Shown: positions 39,607-52,547 of the stretch, one piece after another | Position numbering within the stretch: position 1 is the stretch's first letter | Layout of the letters: every line of letters begins with the position of its first letter | Origin: Tubulanus polymorphus | Taxonomy: Eukaryota > Animalia > Nemertea | Length of the DNA stretch: 64,000 nucleotides | Direction of reading: 5' to 3' | Assembly: GCF_964204645.1 (NCBI RefSeq) | Contig: NC_134033.1 | Location: 11,168,655-11,232,654, forward strand | Translations under genes and position numbers: made by a program | The notes under the pieces: generated by a model | Seen by the model: only the letters and a program-made list of their open reading frames with translations | What the model was told of the DNA's origin: nothing | Database searches by the model: none

Positions 39607-41108
39607 CTCGTCGCTAACTCCAGAACCGAAGAGGCGGTCAGAATTTCGAGAAAAGCAGCGAAATTTAACAAACGTTCACTTTCTCCGGGTGCCATTTTTT
39701 CTATAAGAAAAACCACAGAAACAACTAAACGAAGCACATGTACGAAGTAACTCGATATCCATTTTAATACTCATGAAAATGAATCATTATTCCATAGAAC
39801 TCTTCCGTTACAGTTCTATGTATATTCAAAGAACGAATCTGTTGATTTCAGATGGAAGATCAGTTGTCGACAGAGTAAAACTGGTGTTTACAAATATGCT
39901 AGGCTGCACTAAGGAAGATTCTGATAATGAATCGAATGGAATTTTAGAAATATTCAAACATCCTAAACTGCGTCTATACACGTTACTAGAAGCTATTATC
40001 TGGTGCGTATTACCAAAAAATCATGAAGACTAGTCTTTATGAATTTTTTGGTATTACACATATCAATTAGTCTGGTGGCAGATTTAGTTGTCATTTTAGG
40101 ATCTTTCTTTTTTTCTAGGTGTTGTACGAGTCTCATTTATTACGGGTTGACATTGAGTACGACAGTAATGGCTGGAGGTCGATTTGCGAATTATTTCCTG
40201 GGCGCAGCTATTGAACTGCCAAGTTATCTTGTTATGCACTTTTCTCTCCAGTAGTAAGTTTGAATCGGCAGATAGCAGCATAAAGACTCGCGATTGAATT
40301 ATATCAATACTGTGATCGGTGTATATTTCAGTATTGGAAGACGGATTTCTCTAGTAGGACTAAATGCTATAACCGGTTTAGTGTTGATAGCTGCGACGTT
40401 CTGTCCTGAAATGATCGGTACGTGTGTAGACAAACTTGAAACTTTATTTGCCAGTTTTTTTTAATTTTGAAACGCTAATATTGATGACGTAGTGCACATC
40501 GACTCACACAGAAAACATCTATTTGCAACGGTTTTTACGACGCTAAAATTTCTAGCGTTACATTTTGTATTTCTAGGCGAGACGAATCTGGTTCCGTTAA
40601 TAATGACGTTTAATACCATTGGGAAATTCTGCTGCACGGCAGCTTATGGTACTATCTATATCCATACCAGTGAACTTTACCCCACTTCAGGTGAGATTTT
40701 ACACTAAAAAACTTAGAGAGAAAATCCAAAATGTTCTAGTTATTAATCAAATGTATATTTCACAGAAACCGCGCCGTGGGTATTGCTTCAGCATTTGCCC
40801 GAATAGGCTCTATGACAGCACCATTCGCCGCTTATTTGGTAGGTCTTTGAAAACCTTTTACATTTTCAATCCTGTAGTAACTTGTTTATACAAAATTCCA
40901 GGTAAAGATTCATTTGTTTCAGGCTCAATTTATATATTTGTTGCCGGGCGTGATTATCGGGTGTATTGGACTGGTTACCGCATTACTCGTGTTACCCTTA
41001 CCGGAAACTAGAGATCTACCGATGCCCCAAACTATCAGCGATGTCGATCGACCTGAAAACAACGCGATCAGTCCAACTATCACGAATGAACTGCAACGAT
41101 TGAGTTAA
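39607..41108 (+). pseudogene. Inverted partial SLC22 copy
   Basis: Starts mid-exon (LVANSRTEEA); contains HPKLR, YYGL, GGRFANYFLGAAIELP, GRR, SELYPT and LPETR exons; 4-bp deletion at ~40686 (cccacttcag vs cccactaacttcag) causes a frameshift. Confidence 0.82.
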
Positions 41109-41295
41109 AGGCAATCCATCAAAACACGCGTCGATAACTTCTCAAATAAAACTTGAAAATTAATACAGCTTGTTGGAGCTAAAACAGAGAATAAACTAAA
41201 CACTAGAAAATAGGTCGTACATTACATTGTTGCCGTTTTATTCGACTAGATTTTCAATTCCTTGAAGACTTAGTGAAATATCAGACACAATAATC

Positions 41296-41569
41296 TTAAT
41301 TAGGACAACATTTTCCCATAAAAGAACGACAACAACTTTGGTTTTAACTCCAAAACCAATATGTACCTGCTCTCCCTCTGCAAGTGCACGGTATACCTTT
41401 CTTTTCAATCTGAATTTCTGTAAATGGATTAAACGCCACTTTGATTAAACTTGTAAATTAGAATAAAATTCACGGGTTATTAAAAACCAAATTCAATACA
41501 TTCAGATGCCGCGATAGCTCCAACGACCATAAACAAGGCCAACGCGATGAACAGGGTTTTGGTAAACAT
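41296..41569 (-). pseudogene. Cysteine-rich peptide copy 3, disabled
   Basis: Same two exons. G>T at 41500 makes the split codon TAA, and TTT>TAA follows YWFWS. The upstream region is cut off at ~42315. Confidence 0.85.
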
Positions 41570-41718
41570 TCTGAAATTGAATCAGAAATGTCCATAATTT
41601 CTCCGCTGAGTTACTACTACGAAAATGAAATAATTTGTATAATTTTTTATTCAATCCTTTAAGTTATTAGAATTTGATCCTGATTTTGAATTTGATTAAT
41701 CGTGATCACAATTCATGT

Positions 41719-42315
41719 TAGTAATAGGGTATATGTCTTTCTATACCAGAGGTCGAGAGGTCGCGCTCATAAAAATGAAAATAGATTCTCATACGCTCGA
41801 ATTAATCTTTATTTTTACTCACTCGCCCCTTCAACCTCTGATATGAAAAGACATATACCCTATTACTCTAATAATTTCATATATATGAACATTATATAAA
41901 TGAATATCATATATATGAAAATCAATTTTAATATGTAAAATAAATGGTAGAATTAAAAGAATATAAAAAGTAACGAGTAATTAGCAATTTGATGAAAATA
42001 AAAATTTTGATTAAAAAAAATTACTAATAAATGAAAGAACAGATACTACATTTCAAAGATATTGATTTACATGAATTAGAAAAATATTTTACAATTAAAC
42101 ATTTTATTCCTATTAAAGATTTGATTAAAACTGCACGTTTTCGTTTTCAAGTGAATAATATTACTGAATTAAAGTTTAAAAATCATTATCTAATGATAGA
42201 GTTATCGAATGAAAAAGATAACATCTTATTCAATACAATAATTCCAAAATTCACAACATTTGATGAAATAGATAAACATTTGATAATTACAGATGAAATA
42301 CAATCACTAAAATAA
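41719..42315. mobile_element. Truncated inverted copy of the Sola-like cargo element
   Basis: TIR at 41719 and N-terminal half of the cargo ORF at 42031-42315. Confidence 0.75.
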
Positions 42316-43884
42316 TAATAATCACGCGAATTTCAATAGGGTTTTCTGTGAAGAAACAGAAAACCCTAATGATTTCTATAGGAATCGACAAATGACAAAT
42401 ACAGTTTATGATGGGAGAATTATATTGTAACATAAATGTTAAACATTTATGTACAAAGAGGGTATGAAACATTTGTTATGTATCAATACCGCAGGGAATC
42501 AGTTTTACAAAGTTGTGTCACAAAGTTAAAACTCATTGAAAATGAACTACTTAAAATTTACATCTAACTCTCAACTACTCAGTCACTGGATTCAAGACAC
42601 GCAGTTCCACAATTAAGATTTGACTCTGAGATATCGCATTTTTGGAAAATGAAACGATCCTCCAGTAAGAGGGATTTCTCAGAAACGCGACCTCCTTTTA
42701 AACATTCCTGGATCCACCCCTGAACTGCGGCAATTTATCGATTGAACAGCGGTCAGAACATTTGAGTGCGGTAGGTCAAGGATGTTTTAAGCGGTAGGTC
42801 AAGTGTTTTAAGCCGGTCGTAGATCGAAGCGACGCGATCCGCGATTCTGGTTGTCACGTGGTAACTAAAATAGCACCAAACCATGGAAAGATAGAACGGT
42901 TCGAATCCTGGCTATTACAAGGCAAAAGTGCCGGGGCTTCTTACACGCTCGTTGATTTCTTCTGTGTTTTCTATCCCCACCAACCGATTCCATTCCATTG
43001 ATAGGCTATTTAGTAATAGTCTTGAATGGGCGAAGCTATGAATGCAAAAGGAGGAGATTTAATCCTTAAAAAAATTATGTCAAAACGCATCTCATTACAT
43101 TGTGAGTGTTGGTTCAAATCGCGTCAAATCCGAGTCGCAAGAGCGCCTACGTAGGTCGGATGCGACTGTCGCGTCGCGTCGCAGAATGTAGAACGTGTAC
43201 ACATTTTCTAATCATAGTGATGAAACTAACAACAACTCAAATCTTTATCGATCGCTGTTTTGGCGTCTGCCGGTACTGAGGTAAATTGCACAAATCTTTT
43301 ATGAATTCATATTTTACTGTGCATAGTGCTAGGTAGGACTATAAACTACAGATCCAAAAAAGGTTCGTCTTGGCTTCTGTCAACGTCTGATGGAAAGGAA
43401 TTGATTTATTGTATTGAGATTGGCTTGACATCGACGAATTGTAACTGGAAGTTGTCATTTCGGATACCATTACCATACTTTTTCACCCCATGTACTAAGC
43501 ACACTGGGCCCAGTTTCACAAACAAGTTTAACTCAAATTTTAGGTGTAATTGCCATTGGTTACTTCATGTTTTCAATGAGGACAACAATTCAAACTTAAC
43601 TGTTTTACGCTAAAACTTTTTCGTGAAACTGCTCCCTGGGCATCAATTTTAGTTTAGTTTAATGGTAACAGGTTGCTCGCGACGAAAACCGAGATTAGTT
43701 AAAAACGTAGTCGCATGAATCCGAGTCAGCGCGATTTTCAAGCGATTTATCAGTCGCTAAAAAAGCCTGTCTGCATCGAGACTTAACGCGACACGTGTTT
43801 CACCGTGTTTTATTTTTACCTGTACATGATACATCTGATTTTTACAGCGTCTGGCGCCTATAGTCATTGTCTGTCTCCTGTTTT

Positions 43885-44255
43885 TACGGAAGCCCCTAGG
43901 TGACATACGAGAAAGTTTTTTTCACAATTTCGACTTATTAAGTCGAATTTCAACATAATAAGTCGAATTTCGACTTAATAAGTCGAATTTCGACATAATA
44001 AGTCGAATTTCGTGTTAATTAAGTCGAATTTCGAGTTAATTAAGTCGAATTTCGAGTTTTATTTTCATGTCGAATTTCGACTTATTAAGTCGAAATTCGA
44101 CTTGATTAACACGAAATTCGACTTATTAAGTCGAAATTCGACTTAATTAACACGAAATTCGACTTAATATGTCGAAATTCGACTTATTAAGTCGAAATTC
44201 GACTAGTCGAAATTATGAAAAAAATTATCTCATATGTCACCTAGGGGCTTCCGTA
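43885..44255. mobile_element. Young foldback MITE with 6-bp TSD
   Basis: Perfect TIR tacggaagcccctaggtgacata; TSD tgtttt (43879-43884, 44256-44261); empty site at ~31755 in the paralog; inverted internal arrays of aagtcgaatttcgacttatt. Confidence 0.93.
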
Positions 44256-46827
44256 TGTTTTTGACGCCGAAAAACCCGTTGCAATGATGTTTTCTTTTGA
44301 TGCCTATTACTTCTTCTTCTATGACATAACCAACGCCGCTGTATAACAACTAGGCATATTCCTAGTTGTTAGAGCTGCGTCACGATGTGACGTACGTACA
44401 AGAAGGGACCTCCAATTATCGCGGTCTACAGTAAGTTCCTCCAGGATAGTTAGCGTTTCGCTTGGCGTCAACTTAAGATCAAGTTCTATGTCCCCAAGGG
44501 CTAGGTCTTAACGAATTATCGACAACCAGAATACCTAGTACCGTACATGAATGCATTATATCAGGGAGGTGTGAGTCGATGTGCACTACGTCGTCAATAT
44601 TGGTGTTTTCAAAATAACAATTACAATTGTGAATTTTGGCATTTATTTTTTAACTAAATATATTCCAAAAATCATATTTCATTTTTTGACGCCTTATAAA
44701 ACGTTACCATTATGAAACCTAAACAATGTTAACCATTCAGCGTCATTTTACAAACGACAACCGTAGATCGATGTGCAAAACGTCACAGGTTTATGTGTAC
44801 ACATACAAGCTCTTTGGCAAAATATTATTGATAAAGATATAGAATGGCTCCCTGTGATTATATAATGACCTCTATTTGAACGTCGAAATGTTATATTGCG
44901 TTGAATATTTTGAGAACACGTATTGTTATAGTAAAGGAAGTATGGTTATATCAGGAGCGGCAGGCATAAATAGAAATGATAAGTAAATCGGATTATTCGG
45001 TTAAATGGCGGATGTAAACACGATTTGGAAGTCTGATATAAAAGTCAGACCCTGACATGGGGATGCTAGTGGAATGGCGAAGCTATCTATGATCTGTGTA
45101 GGGCCGGTGTGAATTTCATCGGCGGCTGCTACAAGCGGTCTATATAAAAACGTGTAAACATATAATTTCAATATTCAAATGTTCTAGAAAATATGTTCGA
45201 TATTAGGGGTATGCAGGTTTCATGAGATTAGCAATTTATAATAGCATAGCTGTCATATACGGCTCCGCGTCCGCTGATGGCATGTGTATAAGGATATCAA
45301 TTCAATTCAATACTTTATTGATCCTTATTACATTGAAATTCCGGGATAATATTCCCAAATTCAATAAAGTTACAAATTTCAAAATAAGAAAATACAAAAT
45401 ACAAGTCACACGGGTAATTCATACAGAATAACATGAATAAGTTATTTAAATGACAATGTCTACTTCCACCCAGACTCGAGTCTAGGATATCGAGTGACAG
45501 CCAAACCGGGCCCCGGGACCAGGCCGGCTGGCTACACGATATGCTCAAAGTCATGATGAAGCAGACACCAGAAGAGCTCTTTCTTCAACCATGGAGGCAA
45601 TGACGTTGCAGACCAGCTTAGAGGCAAAAGTGAATCGAAGTCGGTCACAAGTTGACAATTTTTTTAAATTAGACCAGTCGAAGACTGTATCATCTACCCA
45701 ATCGCCAAATCTCATAATTCCCCAAATTTCTTAAAACTTCGATTTCAATTTTGCAATTCCACATTAGCTTATCCCTGAAATTCTACATTTTTTCGCAGGC
45801 GTCAAATAATTTATTAAAGTTAATTTTCTTGTTGATAAATTTTGATGATTAATTTTGTGAGGATGTGTGTGCTACGTCATCAATATATCGGGGTTAGACT
45901 GGTTACCGTTTTATTCAATTCAATTATTGACATATTCAAATCTAAAATGACTTAAATGATCCTTGATATGTATCTGATTACCACCACCTTTTTGTCGACA
46001 GTATTAAGCAATATGTGTGTAGGCATCAAAACAAGTTAGTTTTCTTCGTCTTGTCGCCATATCAGATTTTGTTCAGGATATTCAGCGTTTCTGTTGTTTA
46101 TGCGTCCACCAAAACCAGTGGGAAAGGGTTCGAACCTTAAAGATTTCCGCGTCTCCTCTGTATTCAGCATCCTGAAATTGACTTGAAATCCAATGTGTCC
46201 AAAACGTTGTTGCCAATGTTTGTCCTTATTGTTTTTTACCTCAACGAGACGACCGTAAAAATCATTTATTCGTGATAGTCAGATAAACACTAGAGTCATA
46301 AAATGAAAATATGTTCATATTTCAAATGAGGCACGAAAAAATTACTTGATAAATATTCAATTTTGAAAGCCGCTTACGAAATACTGCAGTAGAATGCATA
46401 AAACCGGTCGATTTATTTTGGTAGGGAATTGTTCTGAAGCTAAAAAAACAGGTAAGACCATAAGCTACCGGTAACAAGGTAAAAAAACTCATCGTCGATC
46501 AAGCAGTGTCATGATACGAGGTAAAGAATGGGGTAAAAAGTAGAAACTACCAATTTTAAGATTTTTCCGAGATGTATAAAATGCTGACCACTGCGCGTAC
46601 AATCGACTAGAGAACGATGAAATGTGGGAGGCTTCGACCATGCGGAGAAGAATTGGTCCGGGCGGGTCAAACTGGTTCGGACCTGGTCCTGGTCCGAGTT
46701 TGATTGCCGATACGAGACACACTGTCACACGTAAATCACTGCGATCGGTTTGGCCGAAAATGTGTCCCGTCCCCGTGCCAAACAGGCACGCCGGAACTTA
46801 TTTAGCACCAGTGGCAACGAACAACAT

Positions 46828-47676
46828 GAGTAATAGGGTATATGTCTTTTCATACCAGAGGATGAATCATGTGATTTATTGCTTCGAGTATAATTTTTTC
46901 CACAATTACATAACTCTTTTTCATTAGGTTCATATTTCTTTTTAGGTGTAACAATTTTATTGTCTAAGTTACATTGAATTCCCACATCTTTAAATGATTT
47001 TTCATTTACATAACATTCTCTGAAAGGGCAATAACGTAAGTGTATAAATAATGATTTATCTGAATTTTCATTATTTAAAAGTGATTGTTTTTCATCAGTA
47101 ATTATAAAATGTTTATCTATTTCATCAAATGTTGTGAATTTTGGAATTATTGTATTGAATAAGATGTTATCTTTTTCATTCGATAACTCTATCATTAGAT
47201 AATGATTATTAAACTTTAATTCAGTAATATTATTTATTTGAAAACGAAAACGTGCAGTTTTAATCAAATCTTTAATAGGAATAAAATGTTTAATCGTAAA
47301 ATATTTTTCTAATTCATGTAAATCAATATCTTTGAAATGTAGTATCTGTTCATTCATTTATTAGTAATTTTTTTTATCAAAATTTATATTTTCATCAAAT
47401 CGTTAATTACTAGTTACTTTTTATATCCTTTTAATTCTACCATTTATTTTACATATGTTTTTATTAAAATTGATTTTCATATATATGATATTCATTTATA
47501 TAATGTTCATATATATGAAATTATTAGAGAAATAGGGTATATGTCTTTTCATATCATAGGTTGAAGGGGCGAGTGAGTAAAAATAGAGATAAATTCGAGC
47601 GTGTGAGAATCTATTTTCATTTTTATGAGCGCGACCTCCCGACCTCTGGTATAGAAAGACATATACCCTATTACTA
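46828..47676. mobile_element. Sola-like cargo element, copy 2
   Basis: acat TSD on both sides, same TIRs; cargo ORF starts at 47357 on the minus strand. Confidence 0.75.
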
Positions 47677-47825
47677 ACATGAATTGTGATCACGATTAAT
47701 CAAATTCAAAATCAGGATCAAATTCTAATAACTTAAATGATTGAATAAAAAATTATACAAACTATTTCATTGTCGTAGTAGTAACTCAGCGGAGAAATTA
47801 TGGACATTTCTGATTCAATTTCAGA

Positions 47826-48099
47826 ATGTTTACCAAAACCCTGTTCATCGCGTTGGCCTTGTTTATGGTCGTTGGAGCTATCGCGGCATCTGAAGGTATC
47901 GAATTTGGTTTTTAACAACCCGCGAATTTTATTCTAATTTACAAGTTTAATCAAAGTGGCGTTTAATCTATTTACAGAAATTCAGATTGAAAAGAGAGGT
48001 ATACCGTGCACTTGCAATGGGAGAGCAGGTACATATTGGTTCTGGAGTTTTGACCAAAGTTGTTGTCGTTCTGTTATGGGAAAATGTTGTCCTAATTAA
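47826..48099 (+). CDS. Secreted cysteine-rich prepropeptide, APETx/BDS-like, copy 2
   Basis: Exons 47826-47895 and 47978-48099: MFTKTLFIALALFMVVGAIAA-SEEIQIEKR-GIPCTCNGRAGTYWFWSFDQSCCRSVMGKCCPN*; dibasic KR site; aataaa at ~48153. Confidence 0.9.
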
Positions 48100-48286
48100 G
48101 ATTATTGTGTCTGATATTTCACTAAGTCTTGAAGGAATTGAAAATCTAGTCGAATAAAATGGCAACAATATAATGTACGACCCTTTTTCTAATGTTTAGT
48201 TTATTCTCTGTTTTAGCTCCAACAGGCTGTATTAATTTTCAAATTTTATTTGGGAAGTTATCGACGCGTGTTTTGATGGATTGCCT

Positions 48287-51200
48287 TTAACTCATTAGTT
48301 GCAGTTCATTCGTATTGATAGTTTGACTGATCGCGTTGTTTTCAGGTCGATCGACATCGCTGATAGTTTGGGGCATCGGTACATCTCTAGTTTCCGGTAA
48401 GGGTAACACGAGTAATGCGGTAACCAGTCCAATACACCCGATAATCACGCCCGGCAACCAATACATAAATTGAGCCTGAAACAAATGAATCTTTACCTGG
48501 AATTTTGTATAAACAAGTTACTGCAGGATTGAAAATGTAAAAGGTTTTCAAAGACCTACCAAATAAGCGGCGAATGGTGCTGTCATAGAGCCTATTCGGG
48601 CAAATGCTGAAGCAATACCCACGGCGCGGTTTCTGTGAAATATACATTTGATTAATAACTAGAACATTTTGGATTTTCTCTCTAAGTTTTTTAGTGTAAA
48701 ATCTCACCTGAAGTTAGTGGGGTAAAGTTCACTGGTATGGATATAGATAGTACCATAAGCTGCCGTGCAGCAGAATTTCCCAATGGTATTAAACGTCATT
48801 ATTAACGGAACCAGATTCGTCTCTCCTAGAAAACACAAGATGTAACGAGATAGAAATTTCAGCGTCGTAAAAACCGTTACAAATAGATGTTTTTCATATA
48901 TTGATCACTACTATGCATTATGTTAAGGGTATTGTGTGTCGATGAGCACTACGTCATCAATATTTGCGTTTCAAAATAAAAAACTGGCAAATAAAGTTTC
49001 AAGTTTGTCTACACACGTACCGATCATTTCAGGACAGAACGTCGCAGCTATCAACACTAAACCGGTTATAGCATTTAGTCCTACTAGAGAAATCCGTCTT
49101 CCAATACTGAAATATACGCTGTACACAGTATTTATATAATTCAATCGCGAGTCTTTATGCTGCTATCTGTCGATTCAAACTTACTACTGGAGAGAAAAGT
49201 GCATAACAAGATAACTTGGCAGTTCAATAGCTGCGCCCAGGAAATAATTCGCAAATCGACCTCCAGCCATTACTGTCGTACTCAATGTCAACCCGTAATA
49301 AATGAGACTCGTACAACACCTAGTAACAAGAAACATCTTGAAATCCAAACTAAATCAGCCACCAGACTAACTAATACGTGTAATACTTACCAGATAATAG
49401 CTTCTAGTATCGTGTATAGACGCAGTTTAGGATGTTTGAATATTTCTAGAATTCCAATCGTTTCATTATCAGAATCTTCACTACCCTTAGTGCAGCCTAG
49501 CATATTTGTAAACACCAGTTTTACTCTGTCGACAACTGATCTTTCATCTGAAATCAACAGATTCGATCTTTGAATATAGAAAGAACTGTAACGGAAGAGT
49601 TCTATGAAATAAATGATTCATTTTCATGAGTATTATGATCTATCGTCTGAAATTAACAGATTCGATCTTCTTTGAATATAGAAGATTTAAGTATTTTCAT
49701 TAGTAAATGGATATGGTGTTACTTCGTACATGTGCTTCGTTTAGCGGTTTCTGTGGTTTTTCTTATAGCAAAAATGGCGCTCGGAGAAAGTGAACGTTTG
49801 TTAAATTTCGCTGCTTTTCTCAAAATTCTGATCGCCTCTTCGGTTCTGGAATTAGCGACAAGCCAGGCCACAGATTCATCGTACAACCTAATTTACAAAA
49901 ATACATTATCAACATTTCAGAACGAATTAAGATCATCGGGATGTTAATCTTACGGAATTATTGTTTACCACTCCGGTGGATACGAAACCAGAATAAGGTT
50001 TATTCGTTCATTTGGCGTGTTGTAAATAGTAGAATGTTATTAAAGGCGCTCTCCAAAAACTGAAATACTCTTGAGGTCTTACTGTATATTGGGAGAGAGT
50101 TCAACGGAGGGAGTGGGGTAGAGAATTCAACAGTATGGGTGCAAATGTTTCAAATAAACGTCGGCCTAATCACTTCAGATCAGTGGCGAATAGTCCAATG
50201 AAGGCCCAGCGACCAGAGTCAGTGTTGGCCTGGCGTCGATATAACCATCGGGAATAGTTTTTTATAATCGGATGGGCTTATATATATGTGGTTTGTGAAA
50301 ATATCCGATCGTGAAACTAAACCACAGACAGGTTACTGACTACCTCTGGTATAGAATACCATCAATGTGATTTCGTGCAGGCCATCTTATTCTAACCGTC
50401 AGGTGCTGCCGTTATATTCACCGCTTGCGGATTTTAAATGAACTAACACGAATCGACCTGCTGGCATGTTACAGTGCACAGAAGTGGTTATTATCTCATG
50501 CATGGGGTAAATCATTTGTCAAATGATTATCATGAAAGGACCGTTAACGACGAGTAAAGCGGCAGCACCTGACGGTATAATGAGACTTCGAATCGGAGCG
50601 TTCCGCGGGCACTGGTCTGTACTCGTCAACTGTGTAGCTGCTGGGACTAAAGACGCCGCCACGCTGCAGGTTATTCTGGTCTCCAGTAACTTACAAAATC
50701 TACAGACAGTTGACGATATCTTCAGTGACGTCATTCGACATCTGACTACTAAGTGTATTCCCTATACACTTGCAAGTTGACCATATTTACCGACACTCCG
50801 TTTCGAGGACCCCGTTGCGTACGCAATTAATTGATGGCTCCGTTTTCGAATTGTTATTTTGTTATTTGAAATACATATTTACCAGATGCCTAAAATCGCG
50901 AAACAAGGGATGACACCCGCTATGATTTGTATATATTTCCAGTGAGTGAATAAGTAACCACAAATTCCCATAACGAGCATTCCAACTGTAGTTGTCAACA
51001 TGTGAATCAGGTTTGCGAATGAACGTTGATCGGTCGGGAACCATTCACAAACCAAAACATACGAGACTATGAAGGTACCCTAAAAGAAACAACCAAAGCA
51101 TACAAAATGGTGGCCGATTCAGGCCACATTTAGAAAGAAATATGACACTCTGCTCAATTATGTTCACCATTTTCCTACAATAACAATAATTACACAATTA

Positions 51201-52547
51201 CATTTCTTAAGTGATATTCCAATGCCCAAGAAAGATATAATTTCGAGTGGGTGGTAAAAATGAAATGTCTGGCAGATAGGAATTGCTAAATGGAAAAGAA
51301 AGAAATATTGAAATAGATTTTAGGGGTTCTGTTGACATCAAACAAGTTAAACTAGGCGCGTAGTTAGCTCCTGTATCAGGGGTTGAATGATCCAAGAGCA
51401 CAAGGAAATGAAACCCAATTTATAATGAAAAATAGCAGGTTTCCATGCAGCGCAAACGCCAGTCCAAAAAGGGTCGAGACAATTTTGAAATTTCAATGCA
51501 TTTTCATACAATTTCTACACACTTGAGGGACATTAAAGAGAAAATAAACTGAATGTTGCGCTTCGAACTGATAGTCTATTGTGAGGAGGAAAAGTGCCCT
51601 GAAAATATTGCCATTGTATTTCAAAAGAGCCCGTGCTCCTCGTTCATCGTTAGTTAATTACCGTATTGAAAAATCCACTAAAGAATTTCATTGTGATGAA
51701 AAATGTTTCGTTGACAAAAATGGCGGGTAGAAGCATCGAAACGGCGAGCAATAAGGAACAGACTATATACGGTATCTTCCTGCCAAAATAATCCGACCAA
51801 GGTGGCACCAGTATACCACCGGCCAAGACACCCCCGAAATATATCGACATCACTAGAGCATTCATGTAACTCGATTCACAAACCCACGAAAACTGAAAAA
51901 TAGATAAGAACCATTTTATCATACTTCTTCTGGGGGATGTTAAAGATTTCTGATGAATGACTGACCTGTTCGGTAAGAGTATAATAACCATTTGACTGGT
52001 AATAGTAGCCGTTTTGACAGACGATTGTGGCATTATCTGTGCTAGATTTAAATTGTCGACACTGATCAAAATGAATTTCTCCATCCTCACTAGTTGAATA
52101 CGGTATCGACTGGTTCAGTGTTTGATTCACGGTGGTGTAGTTTGCCAGGAAACAGTGATGTTCTGGAATCCATCCTGAATGTATATTGTATGCACCCAGT
52201 TAAAGAACAATCCATTTACTTATTCTAGTACTGATTACGTATTTTATCAGCTTAGTGTTCGTTCTGAGAAATCGATAATCGCTCCTTTTGTTTAAGTGTA
52301 TTTAAATAGATACACATATTATATGTCATTGTGTCATAGACATTCCAATATCTATGTGGAAATGCTTTTCAAGTACCTATTGTATTATGCCATTTTTTAT
52401 TACTTTGAAACGATTTTGTTTACCTTGAAATACAGGACCGAGCATACACATAGTCATCGCTAAAGTCGTAATTTCGATTATGAACAACTGCAGCATCTGA
52501 TATCTGCCATATCTCCCTAAATCCTTCAAAGCTGCCTCAACCTCCAT
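48287..52547 (-). CDS. SLC22 family organic cation/carnitine transporter-like protein, copy B (~10-11 exons)
   Basis: Start MEVEAALKDLGRYGRYQ at 52547; exons with PEHHC, WVCES...SDYFGRK, EWFP, HWKYIQ, DESVAWL, HPKLR, IELP, GRR, SELYPTNFR and LPETR motifs. Confidence 0.85.

Larger units (their letters stand above)
42661..50408. repeat. Segmental duplication, copy 2
   Basis: Colinear with 30543-37988, plus a 371-bp insertion at 43885-44255. Confidence 0.95.

Noticed and set aside
38978-41108. Possible functional LRAT-SLC22 fusion gene
   Set aside because: The junction at ~39607 puts SLC22 out of frame with an early TAA; both halves have frameshifts and there is no native start.
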